This document shows positions 7,992-17,600 of a DNA stretch of 57,513 bases, one piece after another. Both the position numbers and the translations under genes were made by a program. The stretch's first letter is position 1; every line of letters begins with the position of its first letter. The notes below the pieces were generated by a model. That model made no database searches and had not been told where the DNA came from. It worked only from the letters and a program-made list of their open reading frames with translations. The DNA is taken from assembly GCA_016191385.1 (NCBI GenBank), contig JACPOT010000041.1, positions 1 through 57,513 on the forward strand, given 5' to 3'. Source of the stretch: Chloroflexota bacterium (lineage in GTDB: Bacteria; Chloroflexota; Limnocylindria; P2-11E).

Positions 7992-9017
7992 TCACATGGT
8001 GATGACGACCTTCGCGCGCGCCTGGCCCGTCCCCACATAGCGGACCGCTTCGGCGGCCCGGTCGAACGGGAAGGTGCGGTCGATGGCGGGTCGCAGCTTC
8101 CCCTCTTCGACCAGCCCCCGCAGCACGAGCAGGTCGGAGAGGTCGTTCTTCGCGACGAAGAACTTGACGCGCTGCTTGAGGACCCGCGAGCGGACGAGTG
8201 CGCTGATGATCCGGGTGAAGATGGCGGCCCCGCCGCGCTTGTCGGCGCCGACCAGCACGAGGATCCCGCCGGGAGCGAGCACGCGTCGGAGATGAGAGAG
8301 CGACCGCACGGCAGCGACATCGAAGACGACGTCGTAACGCTCCGGCCGTCGCGCCACGTCGTCGCGGCCGTGCTCGAGGACGGCGTCGGGACCCAGCCCG
8401 CGGACGAGCTCGACGTTCCGGGGTCCCGTGACTGCGGTGACGTGTGCGCCGAGCGCCTTCGCGATCTGGACGGCGAAGGTGCCCACGCCGCCGCCGGCGC
8501 CGTACACGAGCACGCGCTGACCGGGCTTTAGCCCCGCGATGTCGCGCAGCCCCTGCAGCGCCGTGTAGCCGGCGACGCCCATGGACGCTGCCTCCTCGAA
8601 CGTGAGGCTCGCGGGCTTCAGCGCGAGCCTGTCCTCGCGGGCGCTCGCGAACTCCGCGAACGTCCCCGGGGCGCTGCCGAAGACCTCGTCGCCTGGCTTG
8701 AACCGGGTCACGTCCTTGCCGACCGCTTCGACGGTCCCCGCCAGGTCGACGCCCCGCACCGGTGCCTGCTTCATGCGCATCACCGAGCCGACGATGTCCA
8801 TCAGCCGACCGCCGTGGACGGTGTGCCAGTCGAGGGCGTTGACCGATGCCGCGTGGATGCGCACGAGCACGCGGCCGTCCAGAAGTTCCGGACGCGGCAC
8901 GTCCATCACATGGAGGACGTCAGCGGAGCCGCGACCCTCTTGAACGATCGCCTTCATGGTCGGCTGAGCCGCGGCGTGGGCCTCGGCGGCGTTCTGGGCT
9001 GCCACCGTCGCTGACAT
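7992..9017 (-). CDS. Medium-chain (zinc-type/quinone oxidoreductase family) NAD(P)-dependent oxidoreductase
   Basis: MKAIVQEG...VLVRIHAASVNALDW...GVDLAGTVEAVG...KPGDEVFG...VLVYGAGGGVGTFAVQIAK is the MDR pattern. Start chosen at ATG 9017, preceded by GGGGAGAGGGAAGAC. Alternative starts are 9047 and 8957. Confidence 0.8.
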   Translation of the reverse strand: MSATVAAQNAAEAHAAAQPTMKAIVQEGRGSADVLHVMDVPRPELLDGRVLVRIHAASVNALDWHTVHGGRLMDIVGSVMRMKQAPVRGVDLAGTVEAVGKDVTRFKPGDEVFGSAPGTFAEFASAREDRLALKPASLTFEEAASMGVAGYTALQGLRDIAGLKPGQRVLVYGAGGGVGTFAVQIAKALGAHVTAVTGPRNVELVRGLGPDAVLEHGRDDVARRPERYDVVFDVAAVRSLSHLRRVLAPGGILVLVGADKRGGAAIFTRIISALVRSRVLKQRVKFFVAKNDLSDLLVLRGLVEEGKLRPAIDRTFPFDRAAEAVRYVGTGQARAKVVITM

Positions 9018-9061
9018 GTCTTCCCTCTCCCCGGTGTCTCTTGTCATACGCTGTAAGGGAG

Positions 9062-9072
9062 AGTACCGTACT
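9062..9072. promoter_or_regulatory. Palindrome AGTAC-C-GTACT in the MDR oxidoreductase / TetR divergent intergenic region; candidate TetR operator
   Basis: It lies in the 75-nt divergent spacer (9018-9092), which is visibly lower in GC. The 5-1-5 dyad was read directly. Confidence 0.3.
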
Positions 9073-9092
9073 AAGTAAGGCTGTCAAGCCCC

Positions 9093-9917
9093 GTGAGGAG
9101 GAACGTGGCGAAGAGGTCCGTGGCGATCGCCGAGCAACGCGAGCCGCTCACCAAGGGCCGGGTCCTACGCACAGCCATCCGTCTCGCGGATGAGGGCGGG
9201 ATCCAGTTGCTGACAATGCGGAAGCTCGCCGCGGAGCTGGGCATCGAGGCGATGTCGCTGTACCACTACGTCGCGAGCAAGGACGACCTTCTCGCCGGGA
9301 TGCTCGAGATCGCCATGAACGAGATCGAGCCACCGCTGGCTGACGGCGAGTGGAAGGTGGCCATCCGCGCGACCGCCACGTCGTACTACGCCGCGCTCCG
9401 GCGCCATCGCTGGGCGCACGAGGTGATGTCCACACCGAGCCGGGTCTCCCTCGCGCAGGTCCGGTACATGGACGCGCTGCTCGCGCGGCTGCGCGCGGCG
9501 GGATTCTCGGCGCGGATGACCCACCACGCCTACCACGCGCTGGACAGCCACATCATCGGCACCGCGCTCTGGATGGCCGGCATCGCCGCCGCCATCCCCA
9601 AGGGCCGCCTTCCCGACGTTGCGCAGGCGGTCCTCCAGCGGGTCCCCGTTGCCGAATACCCGGCGTTCCACGAGCACGTCCAGGTGCACCTCACCAAGGC
9701 GGCGCAGGGTGATAAGAACCCATTCGAGTTCGGGCTCGACCTGATCCTCGATGGGCTGGATGAGCTGCGCGACGAAGCGCCGCCATCCACTCCGGTCCGC
9801 CGTCCGTATGCCGGTCGTGCGGACGCTCGTCCTCGCAAGCTCGCTCCTCGCCGCGTGCGCGCCCGCGCTCGCGCACACCGACCGGGTCAGGATGTTCGAC
9901 GATCCCGCGAAGCCTGA
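9093..9917 (+). CDS. TetR-family transcriptional regulator (tetracycline-repressor-like C-terminal domain)
   Basis: HTH region VLRTAIRLADEGGIQLLTMRKLAAELGIEAMSLYHYVASKDDLL, with a C-terminal domain ending FEFGLDLILDGL. The basic tail overlaps the next gene. An alternative GTG lies at 9105. Confidence 0.8.
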   Translation: MRRNVAKRSVAIAEQREPLTKGRVLRTAIRLADEGGIQLLTMRKLAAELGIEAMSLYHYVASKDDLLAGMLEIAMNEIEPPLADGEWKVAIRATATSYYAALRRHRWAHEVMSTPSRVSLAQVRYMDALLARLRAAGFSARMTHHAYHALDSHIIGTALWMAGIAAAIPKGRLPDVAQAVLQRVPVAEYPAFHEHVQVHLTKAAQGDKNPFEFGLDLILDGLDELRDEAPPSTPVRRPYAGRADARPRKLAPRRVRARARAHRPGQDVRRSREA

Positions 9918-10164
9918 GCGCGAGTGGGGGTACGACCCGGCTTCGATAGAGGTCTCTCTGGGGACCGTCGTCACGTTCACCAACGTCGGAAGCCAGTTCC
10001 ACAGCGTCACCTCGGACGACCCCACCCGCGCCTTCGACGTCGGCGCCGACCCGGGCGAGAGCGTGACCGTCCGGTTCGACCGCGCCGGCACCTGGGCGTA
10101 CCACTGCGGCATCCACCCGGAGATGAAGGGCGTCGTCCATGTCTGCGAGGGCGGCTGCCCCTGA
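9808..10164 (+). CDS. Secreted cupredoxin (plastocyanin/azurin-like type 1 copper protein)
   Basis: Signal-like MPVVRTLVLASSLLAACAPALA. Cu ligands are present: His in QFHSVTS, then Cys-His-Met in YHCGIHPEM. Confidence 0.75.
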   Translation: MPVVRTLVLASSLLAACAPALAHTDRVRMFDDPAKPEREWGYDPASIEVSLGTVVTFTNVGSQFHSVTSDDPTRAFDVGADPGESVTVRFDRAGTWAYHCGIHPEMKGVVHVCEGGCP

Positions 10165-10216
10165 CCTCTCACGCGATCCTCATCCGCGGGACGCGGATCA
10201 CGTCATCCTTCTGCGC

Positions 10217-10939
10217 ATGCATCTGAGGACCCTGGCGCTCGCGCTCGTCGCGCTGTCCGTCGCGTGCGGCGGTGCCGGGCAGGCGTCACCCACCCCCGTC
10301 GCGACCCTCGACCCGACCGCGCCACCGACGGCCACGGCGACCGCGTCGCCTACGGCCGCGCCGGCGGCGGCGGGATCGGTGACGTTCACGCTGGCGACAG
10401 GATCGAAGGCGATCGTCCGCGTCAACGAGCAGCTCGCCGACCGCAACCTGCCCAGCGACGCGGTGCTCACGACGGAGAAGGTGACCGGGTCGTTCACGCT
10501 GCAGCCGAACGGCACCTTCACCGCGGACTCGAGGATCGTCGCGGACCTCACGGCGCTCTCGAGCGACAGCCGTCAGCGCGATGACTTCATCAAGCAGAGC
10601 ACGCTCGAAACGCGTCGCTTCCCGGAGGCCGTCTTCTTCCCGAAGAGCGTCCAAGGACTCGCGCTTCCGCTCGCGGCCAGCGGCGACCTGAAGTTCCAGC
10701 TCGTCGGGCAGATGACCATCCACGGCGTGACGAAGGGCCTCACCTTCGACGTCCTCGCCACGCGGACCGCGGCCGGTCTCACCGCGACGGCCACGGTCGT
10801 GCCGAGCCTGACCTTCAGCGCGTTCGGGATGGAGCAGCCGCGCGTATTCAGCGTGCTGACGATCAAGGACGACATCCGGCTCGAGGTCCAGCTGGCCGCG
10901 AAGGAAGGCCCGCCCGCCTCAGCGCCCGCGGCTCCTTAG
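10217..10939 (+). CDS. YceI-family lipoprotein (polyisoprenoid-binding protein-like)
   Basis: MHLRTLALALVALSVACGG is a lipobox. An Ala/Pro/Thr linker follows, then a YceI-like core (VTGSFTL...FIKQSTLETRRFPEAVF...MTIHGVTKGLTFDV). Confidence 0.75.
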   Translation: MHLRTLALALVALSVACGGAGQASPTPVATLDPTAPPTATATASPTAAPAAAGSVTFTLATGSKAIVRVNEQLADRNLPSDAVLTTEKVTGSFTLQPNGTFTADSRIVADLTALSSDSRQRDDFIKQSTLETRRFPEAVFFPKSVQGLALPLAASGDLKFQLVGQMTIHGVTKGLTFDVLATRTAAGLTATATVVPSLTFSAFGMEQPRVFSVLTIKDDIRLEVQLAAKEGPPASAPAAP

Positions 10940-10943
10940 AGGC

Positions 10944-11660
10944 TCAGACCGTCTCCCTGAACAGGAAGCGGTACGAAAGGCCCGCGAGCGCGGCGCCGAG
11001 CAGCGGCCCGATCCAGTACACGGACCAGTTGTCGAAGAAGCCCGCAGCGACCGCCGGACCGAACCAGCGCGCGGGGTTCATGGCCGCGCCGGTCAGCGGC
11101 CCGCCGATGAGGATGTCGGCCGCGACGGTGAGGCCGATGCCGAAGCCCGCGATCTTCGGAGCGCTCGGCGAGACCGCGGTGCCGAAGACGGCCCACAGCA
11201 GGAAGATCGTGAGCACCCCTTCGATGAGGATCGCCGTGACCAGCGGAAGGCCGGTCGCGACCGTCGGGGTGCCAAGGTGCGTCGCGTCCACGGCGGCCGG
11301 GAACGGCTCGAACGCGAGGCGCAGGAAGATCCCCGCGACGAGCGCGCCGACGAGCTGCGCGCCCCAGTACGTGAGGATCCGCTCGCGGGGATGGCGTCCC
11401 GCGATCGCGACGCCAAGCGTCACCGCGGGGTTGAAGTGCCCGCCCGAGATGCTCCCGAAGGCTGAGACCGCTACCGCGAGCGCCAGCCCGTGGGCGAACG
11501 CGATGCCGAGGACGCCGATGGCGCCGCTGGTCATGGCGTTCGTCACGATCGCGCCCGCGCCGATGGAGAAGAACATGAAGGTGCCCGCCGCCTCCACGAG
11601 GAGGGCGCGGTCGTGCCTACTGAGGGCCATGGTCAGGGTCGGGCGCTGCACCGCGCGCAT
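10944..11660 (-). CDS. Aquaporin / MIP-family channel
   Basis: Both NPA boxes are present (GGHFNPAVTLG and GAAMNPARWFG) within six hydrophobic segments. The start could be the ATG at 11630 (MALSRHD). Confidence 0.85.
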   Translation of the reverse strand: MRAVQRPTLTMALSRHDRALLVEAAGTFMFFSIGAGAIVTNAMTSGAIGVLGIAFAHGLALAVAVSAFGSISGGHFNPAVTLGVAIAGRHPRERILTYWGAQLVGALVAGIFLRLAFEPFPAAVDATHLGTPTVATGLPLVTAILIEGVLTIFLLWAVFGTAVSPSAPKIAGFGIGLTVAADILIGGPLTGAAMNPARWFGPAVAAGFFDNWSVYWIGPLLGAALAGLSYRFLFRETV

Positions 11661-11688
11661 CGTAGGCAGCCGCTAGGCTCGGCGCGAA

Positions 11689-12180
11689 TTGGCCGACATC
11701 CTCCCGTCCGAGGCCGTCAAGGCGCGCATCCTCAGCATCCGGCCCGCTCCCGCCGGCACGCCGATCGAGAGCGCCAACGTCGAGTGGATCGAGATCCGCG
11801 TCGAGCTCGACTCGGACCTCGCCAACTGGCGCGTGCTCCACCTGCGCGCGCTGTGGCGCGAGGACGTGACACGGCCAGTGGACACGGACGTCGTGTTCTC
11901 TTTCGGCTCGCCGCACTTCGCACGCGCGGGCGAGGTCTACCGGATCCACTCGGGTTCGCTCATCCGCGCCGCCACGCACCCGGTCGCCGACGACCTCGCG
12001 CCCGGCCGCAAGCACGTGTATGCGGCCGGACCGCTCTCCGGCGCGCGGCTGCGCCTTGGGAAGGGCGACTATGTCCGGCTGGTCGAGGCCTTCGGGGCGG
12101 TGATCGACGAGGTCGTGGTGTGGCCCGCGGAGGTCACGAAGGACGAAGCTCCGCCGCGCGAAGCGCGAGCCGCCGGATAG
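11689..12180 (+). CDS. Hypothetical protein with a lamin-tail-domain-like segment
   Basis: NVEWIEIRVELDSDLANWRVLH resembles the LTD EWIEL...DLSGW motif. Composition looks normal. The 3' end overlaps the convergent racemase gene by 47 nt. Confidence 0.5.
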   Translation: MADILPSEAVKARILSIRPAPAGTPIESANVEWIEIRVELDSDLANWRVLHLRALWREDVTRPVDTDVVFSFGSPHFARAGEVYRIHSGSLIRAATHPVADDLAPGRKHVYAAGPLSGARLRLGKGDYVRLVEAFGAVIDEVVVWPAEVTKDEAPPREARAAG

Positions 12181-13246
12181 CGTCTTCGAGCACCGTCACG
12201 CCGATGCCGGGTCCCGTCGGCACGCGCATCGTCCCGTCCTTCTCTACCTCGAACGGCTCACCGATGATCTCCGTCGCGAAGTAGCGCTTCGACGCGGCGA
12301 CGTCCCCAGGGAGGCTGAAGCCCTCGAGGGAGGCGAGATGCACGTTGTGCGCGCGGCCGATCCCCATTTCGAGCATCCCGCCGCACCACACCGGCACGCT
12401 CGCGGCCCGACAGGTGTCGTGGACCCGCACGGCTTCGGCGAGACCGCCGATGCGCCCCGCCTTGATGTTCACGATGCGCGCCGCGCCGAGCGCGATCGCC
12501 TTGCGCGCGTCATCCGCGTGATGGATCGACTCGTCGAGGCAGATCGGCGTGCGGATCCGCTTCTGCAGCGCGGCGTGGTCGACGATGTCGTCGTGCGCGA
12601 GGGGCTGCTCGATCATCATCGGCCGCGTCGCGTCGATGCGCTCGAAGACCGCCGCGTCCGCGAGCGCGTACGCGGAGTTCGCATCGAGCATGAAGCGCAG
12701 GTCGGGATACCGGGCGCGCACGGCCTCGGCGATGGCGACGTCCTGGCCGGGCTTGATCTTGAGCTTCACCCGCTGGTATCCGTCCTCGAGCTCCTCGTCG
12801 ATCCGCGCGAGCAGCGCCTCCGTCGACGCCTGCAGCCCGATGGCGACGCCGCAGACGATGCGGTCGCGCGTGCTCCCGAGGAAGCGCGAGAGCGGCACGC
12901 CTTTGCGCTTGGCCGCGAGATCCCAGACTGCCATCTCGATGGCCGCCTTGGCCATGCGGTTCTCGCGGATCCATGCGACATGCGCGGTGACGTCGCGGGG
13001 GTGCGCGATATCGAGGGCGAGAAGGCGGGGAAGGATGACCTCCTCGAGCATCAGCCACACCGTTCCCGGTGTCTCGCCCGAGTACCAGGGCAGCTCGCTG
13101 GCGACGCTCTCGCCCCAGCCCACGGCGCCCTCGCTCTCGGTGCGAACGATGACGTGCGTTTCGTGCGTATCGACGTTGCCGCTGGTCTCGTAGGGCCGCT
13201 TGAGCGGGAGCCGCAGCAGGAACAGCTCGACGCGCTCCAGCCTCAT
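12134..13246 (-). CDS. Enolase-superfamily o-succinylbenzoate synthase / N-succinylamino-acid racemase
   Basis: 370 aa starting at MRLERVELFLLRLPLKRPYETS. Metal and catalytic positions are KLKIKPG, MLDANSAY, MIEQPL, LDES and NIKAGRIGG. The N-terminal 141 aa of ORF 12134..13669 is Arg-rich shadow. Confidence 0.85.
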   Translation of the reverse strand: MRLERVELFLLRLPLKRPYETSGNVDTHETHVIVRTESEGAVGWGESVASELPWYSGETPGTVWLMLEEVILPRLLALDIAHPRDVTAHVAWIRENRMAKAAIEMAVWDLAAKRKGVPLSRFLGSTRDRIVCGVAIGLQASTEALLARIDEELEDGYQRVKLKIKPGQDVAIAEAVRARYPDLRFMLDANSAYALADAAVFERIDATRPMMIEQPLAHDDIVDHAALQKRIRTPICLDESIHHADDARKAIALGAARIVNIKAGRIGGLAEAVRVHDTCRAASVPVWCGGMLEMGIGRAHNVHLASLEGFSLPGDVAASKRYFATEIIGEPFEVEKDGTMRVPTGPGIGVTVLEDAIRRLALRAAELRPS

Positions 13247-14181
13247 GGGGACTCCGTCCCCATGAGGCCGCCAGCCCCTTGTCGCGGGGGCTCTGCCCCC
13301 GCACCCCCGGGTCGTTCGGACGGATCCACTGGCAGGGGCTGCTTCACCAGCAGGTACGCCCCGCGGTCGCCCGCGCCACGGAGGAACTCGACGGCCGCGT
13401 AGCCCGCGGCGAAGGCCGGCTCGAGCGTCTCGCGCACCGCCTCGCGCCACGCGCGCGCCAGCGCGACGTCGCGCGCCTTGATGGCCTGGATGTCGGCGGG
13501 AATGCCGACAAGGACGTGACTGTCGTCGCCGATCGCCTCGCATGCACCGGGGCGATCGCCGTCCGCACGCAGCAGCCAGCGGACCTCTTCGCGCTCGGCG
13601 TCCTCGAGCGACGCGACGTGATCGGCGCCGCGAAGCCGCTTGTCGGCGCGGTCCGTGGCGATACGCCACTCGACGTAAAGGCGGTCCGAGGGAAGTCCGG
13701 CGTTGAGCTTGTCGGGCATCGGCCCGTAGAAGTCGCGCTCGTACGTGCGCGCGAAGGCGCCGAGCTTCGCGAAATTGAACCGCGCGTTGCGGGCCTCGAG
13801 CGGGTCCATCGTCCAGGCGATCGTGTCGATGCCCTGGTCAAGGCAGTGGTCGCGCTGCGCCTCCTTGAGCGCGACCGCGAGGCCGGTGTGCCGGTGCGCC
13901 GCGCGCACGGCGAGCATGTGCGAGTGATGGCGGAAGTGGTAGTCGTAGATCCCGAGGAACCCGAAGACGAACCCGGCGGGGAGCGGGTCGCCGTCGACGT
14001 ACCCGAGCGCCACGAACCCGCCGTTGTGAGCGACCGCCAAGAGCAGCTGCGGCGGGACGGTGACATCGCCGCTCCACACCTCTTCCTGGATGGGCACGGT
14101 GAGCGCGCATGCGCCGATGTCCCGAGCGACCTCGATGCGGTATGTCACGAGCGCGGTCGATGATGCGGGTTCGGGTACCAT
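13243..14181 (-). CDS. GNAT-family acyltransferase, translationally coupled to the racemase gene
   Basis: Starts at MVPEPASS (ATG 14181). GNAT motif A reads RHTGLAVALKEAQ (RxxGxA), followed by MDPLEARNARFNFAKLGA. Its stop overlaps the racemase start by 4 nt. Confidence 0.65.
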   Translation of the reverse strand: MVPEPASSTALVTYRIEVARDIGACALTVPIQEEVWSGDVTVPPQLLLAVAHNGGFVALGYVDGDPLPAGFVFGFLGIYDYHFRHHSHMLAVRAAHRHTGLAVALKEAQRDHCLDQGIDTIAWTMDPLEARNARFNFAKLGAFARTYERDFYGPMPDKLNAGLPSDRLYVEWRIATDRADKRLRGADHVASLEDAEREEVRWLLRADGDRPGACEAIGDDSHVLVGIPADIQAIKARDVALARAWREAVRETLEPAFAAGYAAVEFLRGAGDRGAYLLVKQPLPVDPSERPGGAGAEPPRQGAGGLMGTESP

Positions 14182-14190
14182 CCCGCCGAC

Positions 14191-14634
14191 ATGGCGACGC
14201 CGACCGTCGACTTCCTCCGTCACGTCCCCCTCTTCCAGGACCTCGACGAGCGCATCCTCAAGGAGATCGCGCAGGCCGCTGTCGAGCAGCGCTGGGAGAG
14301 GGGTCACGAGATCCTGCGCCAGGGCGACACCGGCGTGGGCCTCTTCATCATCCGCTCCGGCAAGGTCGAGATCATCCAGGAGCATGGCGGCACGCCCGAA
14401 AAGATGGCCGACCTCGGGCCCGGTGCGGTGTTCGGCGAGATGGCCCTGCTCGACGAGTTCCCCCGATCCGCGACGGTGCGCGCGGTCGAGCCCACCACGT
14501 GCCTCGCCATCACGCGCTGGCACTTCAAGGGGATCCTCGAGAGCCACCCCGAGATCGCGCTCAAGATGCTACCGGTCCTGACCAAGCGCATCCGCGCCGC
14601 CGAAGCGCACGCGCACGAGGCCGTGACCCACTAG
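14191..14634 (+). CDS. Stand-alone cyclic-nucleotide-binding domain protein
   Basis: 147 aa. LRHVPLFQDL...GLFIIRSGKVEI...FGEMALLDEFPRSATVRA is a complete CNB beta-barrel with the phosphate-binding cassette. No additional domain is present. Confidence 0.8.
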   Translation: MATPTVDFLRHVPLFQDLDERILKEIAQAAVEQRWERGHEILRQGDTGVGLFIIRSGKVEIIQEHGGTPEKMADLGPGAVFGEMALLDEFPRSATVRAVEPTTCLAITRWHFKGILESHPEIALKMLPVLTKRIRAAEAHAHEAVTH

Positions 14635-14649
14635 CGACCTCGTTCGCCA

Positions 14650-14667
14650 GGATGGTCAGTACCATCC
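14650..14667 (+). promoter_or_regulatory. Inverted repeat GGATGGT-cagt-ACCATCC 4 nt upstream of the cyclase-STAND start codon
   Basis: A 7-bp perfect stem with a 4-nt loop in the 37-nt spacer between the cNMP-binding gene and the cyclase gene. It could be an operator, an attenuator, or a hairpin that sequesters translation initiation. Confidence 0.3.
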
Positions 14668-14671
14668 GCAC

Positions 14672-17600
14672 GTGCCCCGAGCCGCGCCGAAGCCTTCTCC
14701 CAGAACGCCAGCCACGGTCACGCGCGCTTTCCTCTTCAGCGACCTCCGCGGCTATACGGAGTTCGTCGAGACGCACGGCGATGGCGCGGCGTCGGACCTA
14801 CTGCGCGCCTATCGATCGTTGGTCCGTACCGAAGTCGAAAAGCAGAGCGGCGCTGAGGTGAAGACCGAAGGCGACTCCTTCTATGTGGTCTTCGAGTCGC
14901 CCAAGGCCGCTCTCGACTGCGCGGTGCGGATCCAGCGCGCGGCGGCGGAGCACGCCGGCCGTGATACGAAGGCACCGCTCAGCATCGGCATCGGACTCCA
15001 CGCCGGCGAGACCGTGCCATATGACGATCAGTTCGTGGGCGGAGCGGTGAACGTCGCGGCGCGTCTCGCGTCGAAGGCCAAAGCGGGGGAGGTCGTCGCC
15101 AGCGACACGCTGCGCGGCCTCGTGCGGACCGCGGTCCGGTACGAGATGGCCGACCGCGGTCCGCTGAAGCTCAAGGGTGTCGCAGAGCGCATCCGCGCCT
15201 ACGCGGTCGAGTGGCGCGAGGACGCGCCGTCCGTTGCAGGGACGGCGGTCCCGCCGATCGAGATGCCGCTGCTGTCCTCGACGCTGATCCCGACCGCGGG
15301 CAACGCGCCGGGGCAGATCGTGTGTCCCGTCGTCGTCGGCCGCGACGCGGAGCGCGCGCGCTTCGCCGAGCACCTCGAACTCGCGGCCGGCGGCCGCGGC
15401 CAGACCGTGATCGTGGCGGGCGAGGCCGGAGTGGGGAAGAGCGCGTTCGTCCGCGAGGCGCTCGCCGCCGCTGGTCTGCGCGGCTTCCGGATCCTCTATG
15501 GCGCTACTGTCGAGTCCGACCGGGGTCTGCCCTACGCGCCCTTCGTCGCTGCGGTGCGGTCGGGGTTCCGTGGGATCGCGCGCGACCGGCTCGGCCGAGT
15601 CCTCGGCCAGGCCGCGCCGGACCTCGCGCAGCTCTTCCCCGAGCTCGGCAAGGCGCAGCGCAGCGAGGCGGCTTCGACGGCTGAGCACCATCGACTCTCC
15701 GTCGCCTTCCTCGGCCTCTTCACGACCTTCGCGCGGGAGGCTCCGGTCCTGCTCGTCGTCGAGGATCTCCACTGGGCGGACGAGGCGAGCCTCGGCCTCT
15801 TCCACTACCTGACGCGCGAGCTGCGCGATGCGCGCGCGACGCTCCTGGGCACCTATCGCAGCGACGAGATGCACCGGCGCCATCCGCTCCTGAGGGTGAT
15901 CGCCGCGATGCAGCGGGAGCGCATCGCCAGCGAGATCGCGCTCGACCGCCTCGACAAGGAACAGGTGCGCTCGCTCATCCTCGCGACGTTCGGCCGCAGC
16001 GACGCGAACATCCGCGTCAGCGACGAGTTCCGCGACGCGATCTACGCTCGCTCCGAGGGCAACCCGTTCTTCACCGAGGAGCTCCTCAAGTCGCTCGTCG
16101 AATCGGGAGACGTGTTCTACCGGCCCGAGACGGGCTGGGAGCGGAAGCCGATCGACCAGCTCCGCATCCCCGGATCCATCCGCGAGGCTGTACGCGAGCG
16201 CATCGACCGGCTCAGCGCGGATGCTCAGGCCACCGTCTCGGCCGCCGCCGTGATCGGGCTGCGGGCCCCGTTCGAGCTCCTGCGCGCGGTGCGCGGGATC
16301 ACCGAGGCGGAGGCGGAGGCGCACCTGCGAGAGCTCATCGAGCAGCAGCTCGTCGTCGAGCTCGGCGGCGACGACGACGAGTACGGGTTCCGGCACGCCC
16401 TCACCAAGGAGGTCGTATACGACGACCTGCTCGTCCGCGAGCGAAAGCGCCTGCATCGCGAGGTGGCGGACGTGCTCGGCGGAGGACCGGAAGCCGAGCC
16501 CGCGCTTGTGGCTCATCACCTCATCGCCGCCGGCGAGCCGGCGGCGGCGGTCCCCCGCTTGCTCGAGGCTGCGGATCGGGCGCTGCAGGCCTACGCGCCG
16601 CGGGAGGCGGCGGCCCACTATGAGAAGGCGCTCGAGATCGGCTTCCCCGACGGCGACCTCGCGAGCGTGACGGAGCGGCTGGCCGAGGCCTACCACCTCT
16701 ATGACTGGCCACTCTCCCGGAAGGCGGCGGAGGAGGCCGCCGGGCTTTACCGCGAGCGCGACGACAGGCGCGGGGAGTCGCGGATGCTGCGCCTCGCGAG
16801 CCGCACGATCTGGCAGCTCGGTGAGCCGGACCGCGCGCTGGAGGTCGCCAAGGCCGCGCTCGCGGTGCTCGACGGGATCGACGAGACCGTCGAGCACGGC
16901 CGCGCCATCGCCCACCTGGCCACCCACGAGATGCTCGCCCACCACGACGCGGAGGCCATCGCCTGGGCGGACCGCGCGATCGGGGTCGGCGAGCGATGCG
17001 CCGACGACTGGACGCTCGCCAACGCCCTCATCACCAAGGGGACCTCGGTCGGTCGGACCTCACGCGACGAGGGCCGCCCGATCATCCGCCGAGGGCTCGA
17101 CCTCGCGATGGTGAAGGGCCTCGCCGAAGTGGCCCTGCGCGGGTTCAACAACCTGGTCATCATCTCGGACGCCCCGGAGAGCGACCGCCTCATCGACGAG
17201 GCCGCCGCCTACGGGGCGCGGCACGGGGTCCAGCACCCGATGATCCAGCACTTACGCGCCTGGACCGAGATGTTCCGCGGGAACTGGGACGGGGCGCTCG
17301 CGGCGGCCGCAGAGATCCCCGCAGGGACCACCTGGGCCAGGAGCGCTGCTGCCCTCGTAGGGATCATCGCCTGCGGACGGAAGGGACCCGACCGCGCCCT
17401 CGAGACGTACGAGCCCGTCGCGCGGGCTGCTGCGGACATGAAGGAAGCGCAGGCATTCGCTGGACCCGTCCTGCTCGCCGCCATGTGCTGCCTGCTGAAG
17501 GGCGACGACGAGGAGGCACGGCTCTGGATGGAGCGCTACCGGGAGCGCGCGGTCACTGACGAGGGGGTCGCGCGCATTCCGTCATATGGGCCCGGGTGGG

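Noticed and set aside
14798-16945. A 715-aa minus-strand ORF. Similar long antisense ORFs are 18362..20128, 30970..32712, 43965..45110, 45231..46541, 48809..50347, 50538..52271, 52072..53487 and 56018..57118.
   Set aside because: - All lie antisense to genes with strong family signatures.
- All have Arg/Gly/Asp/Ala-dominated composition.
- None shows any motif I recognise.
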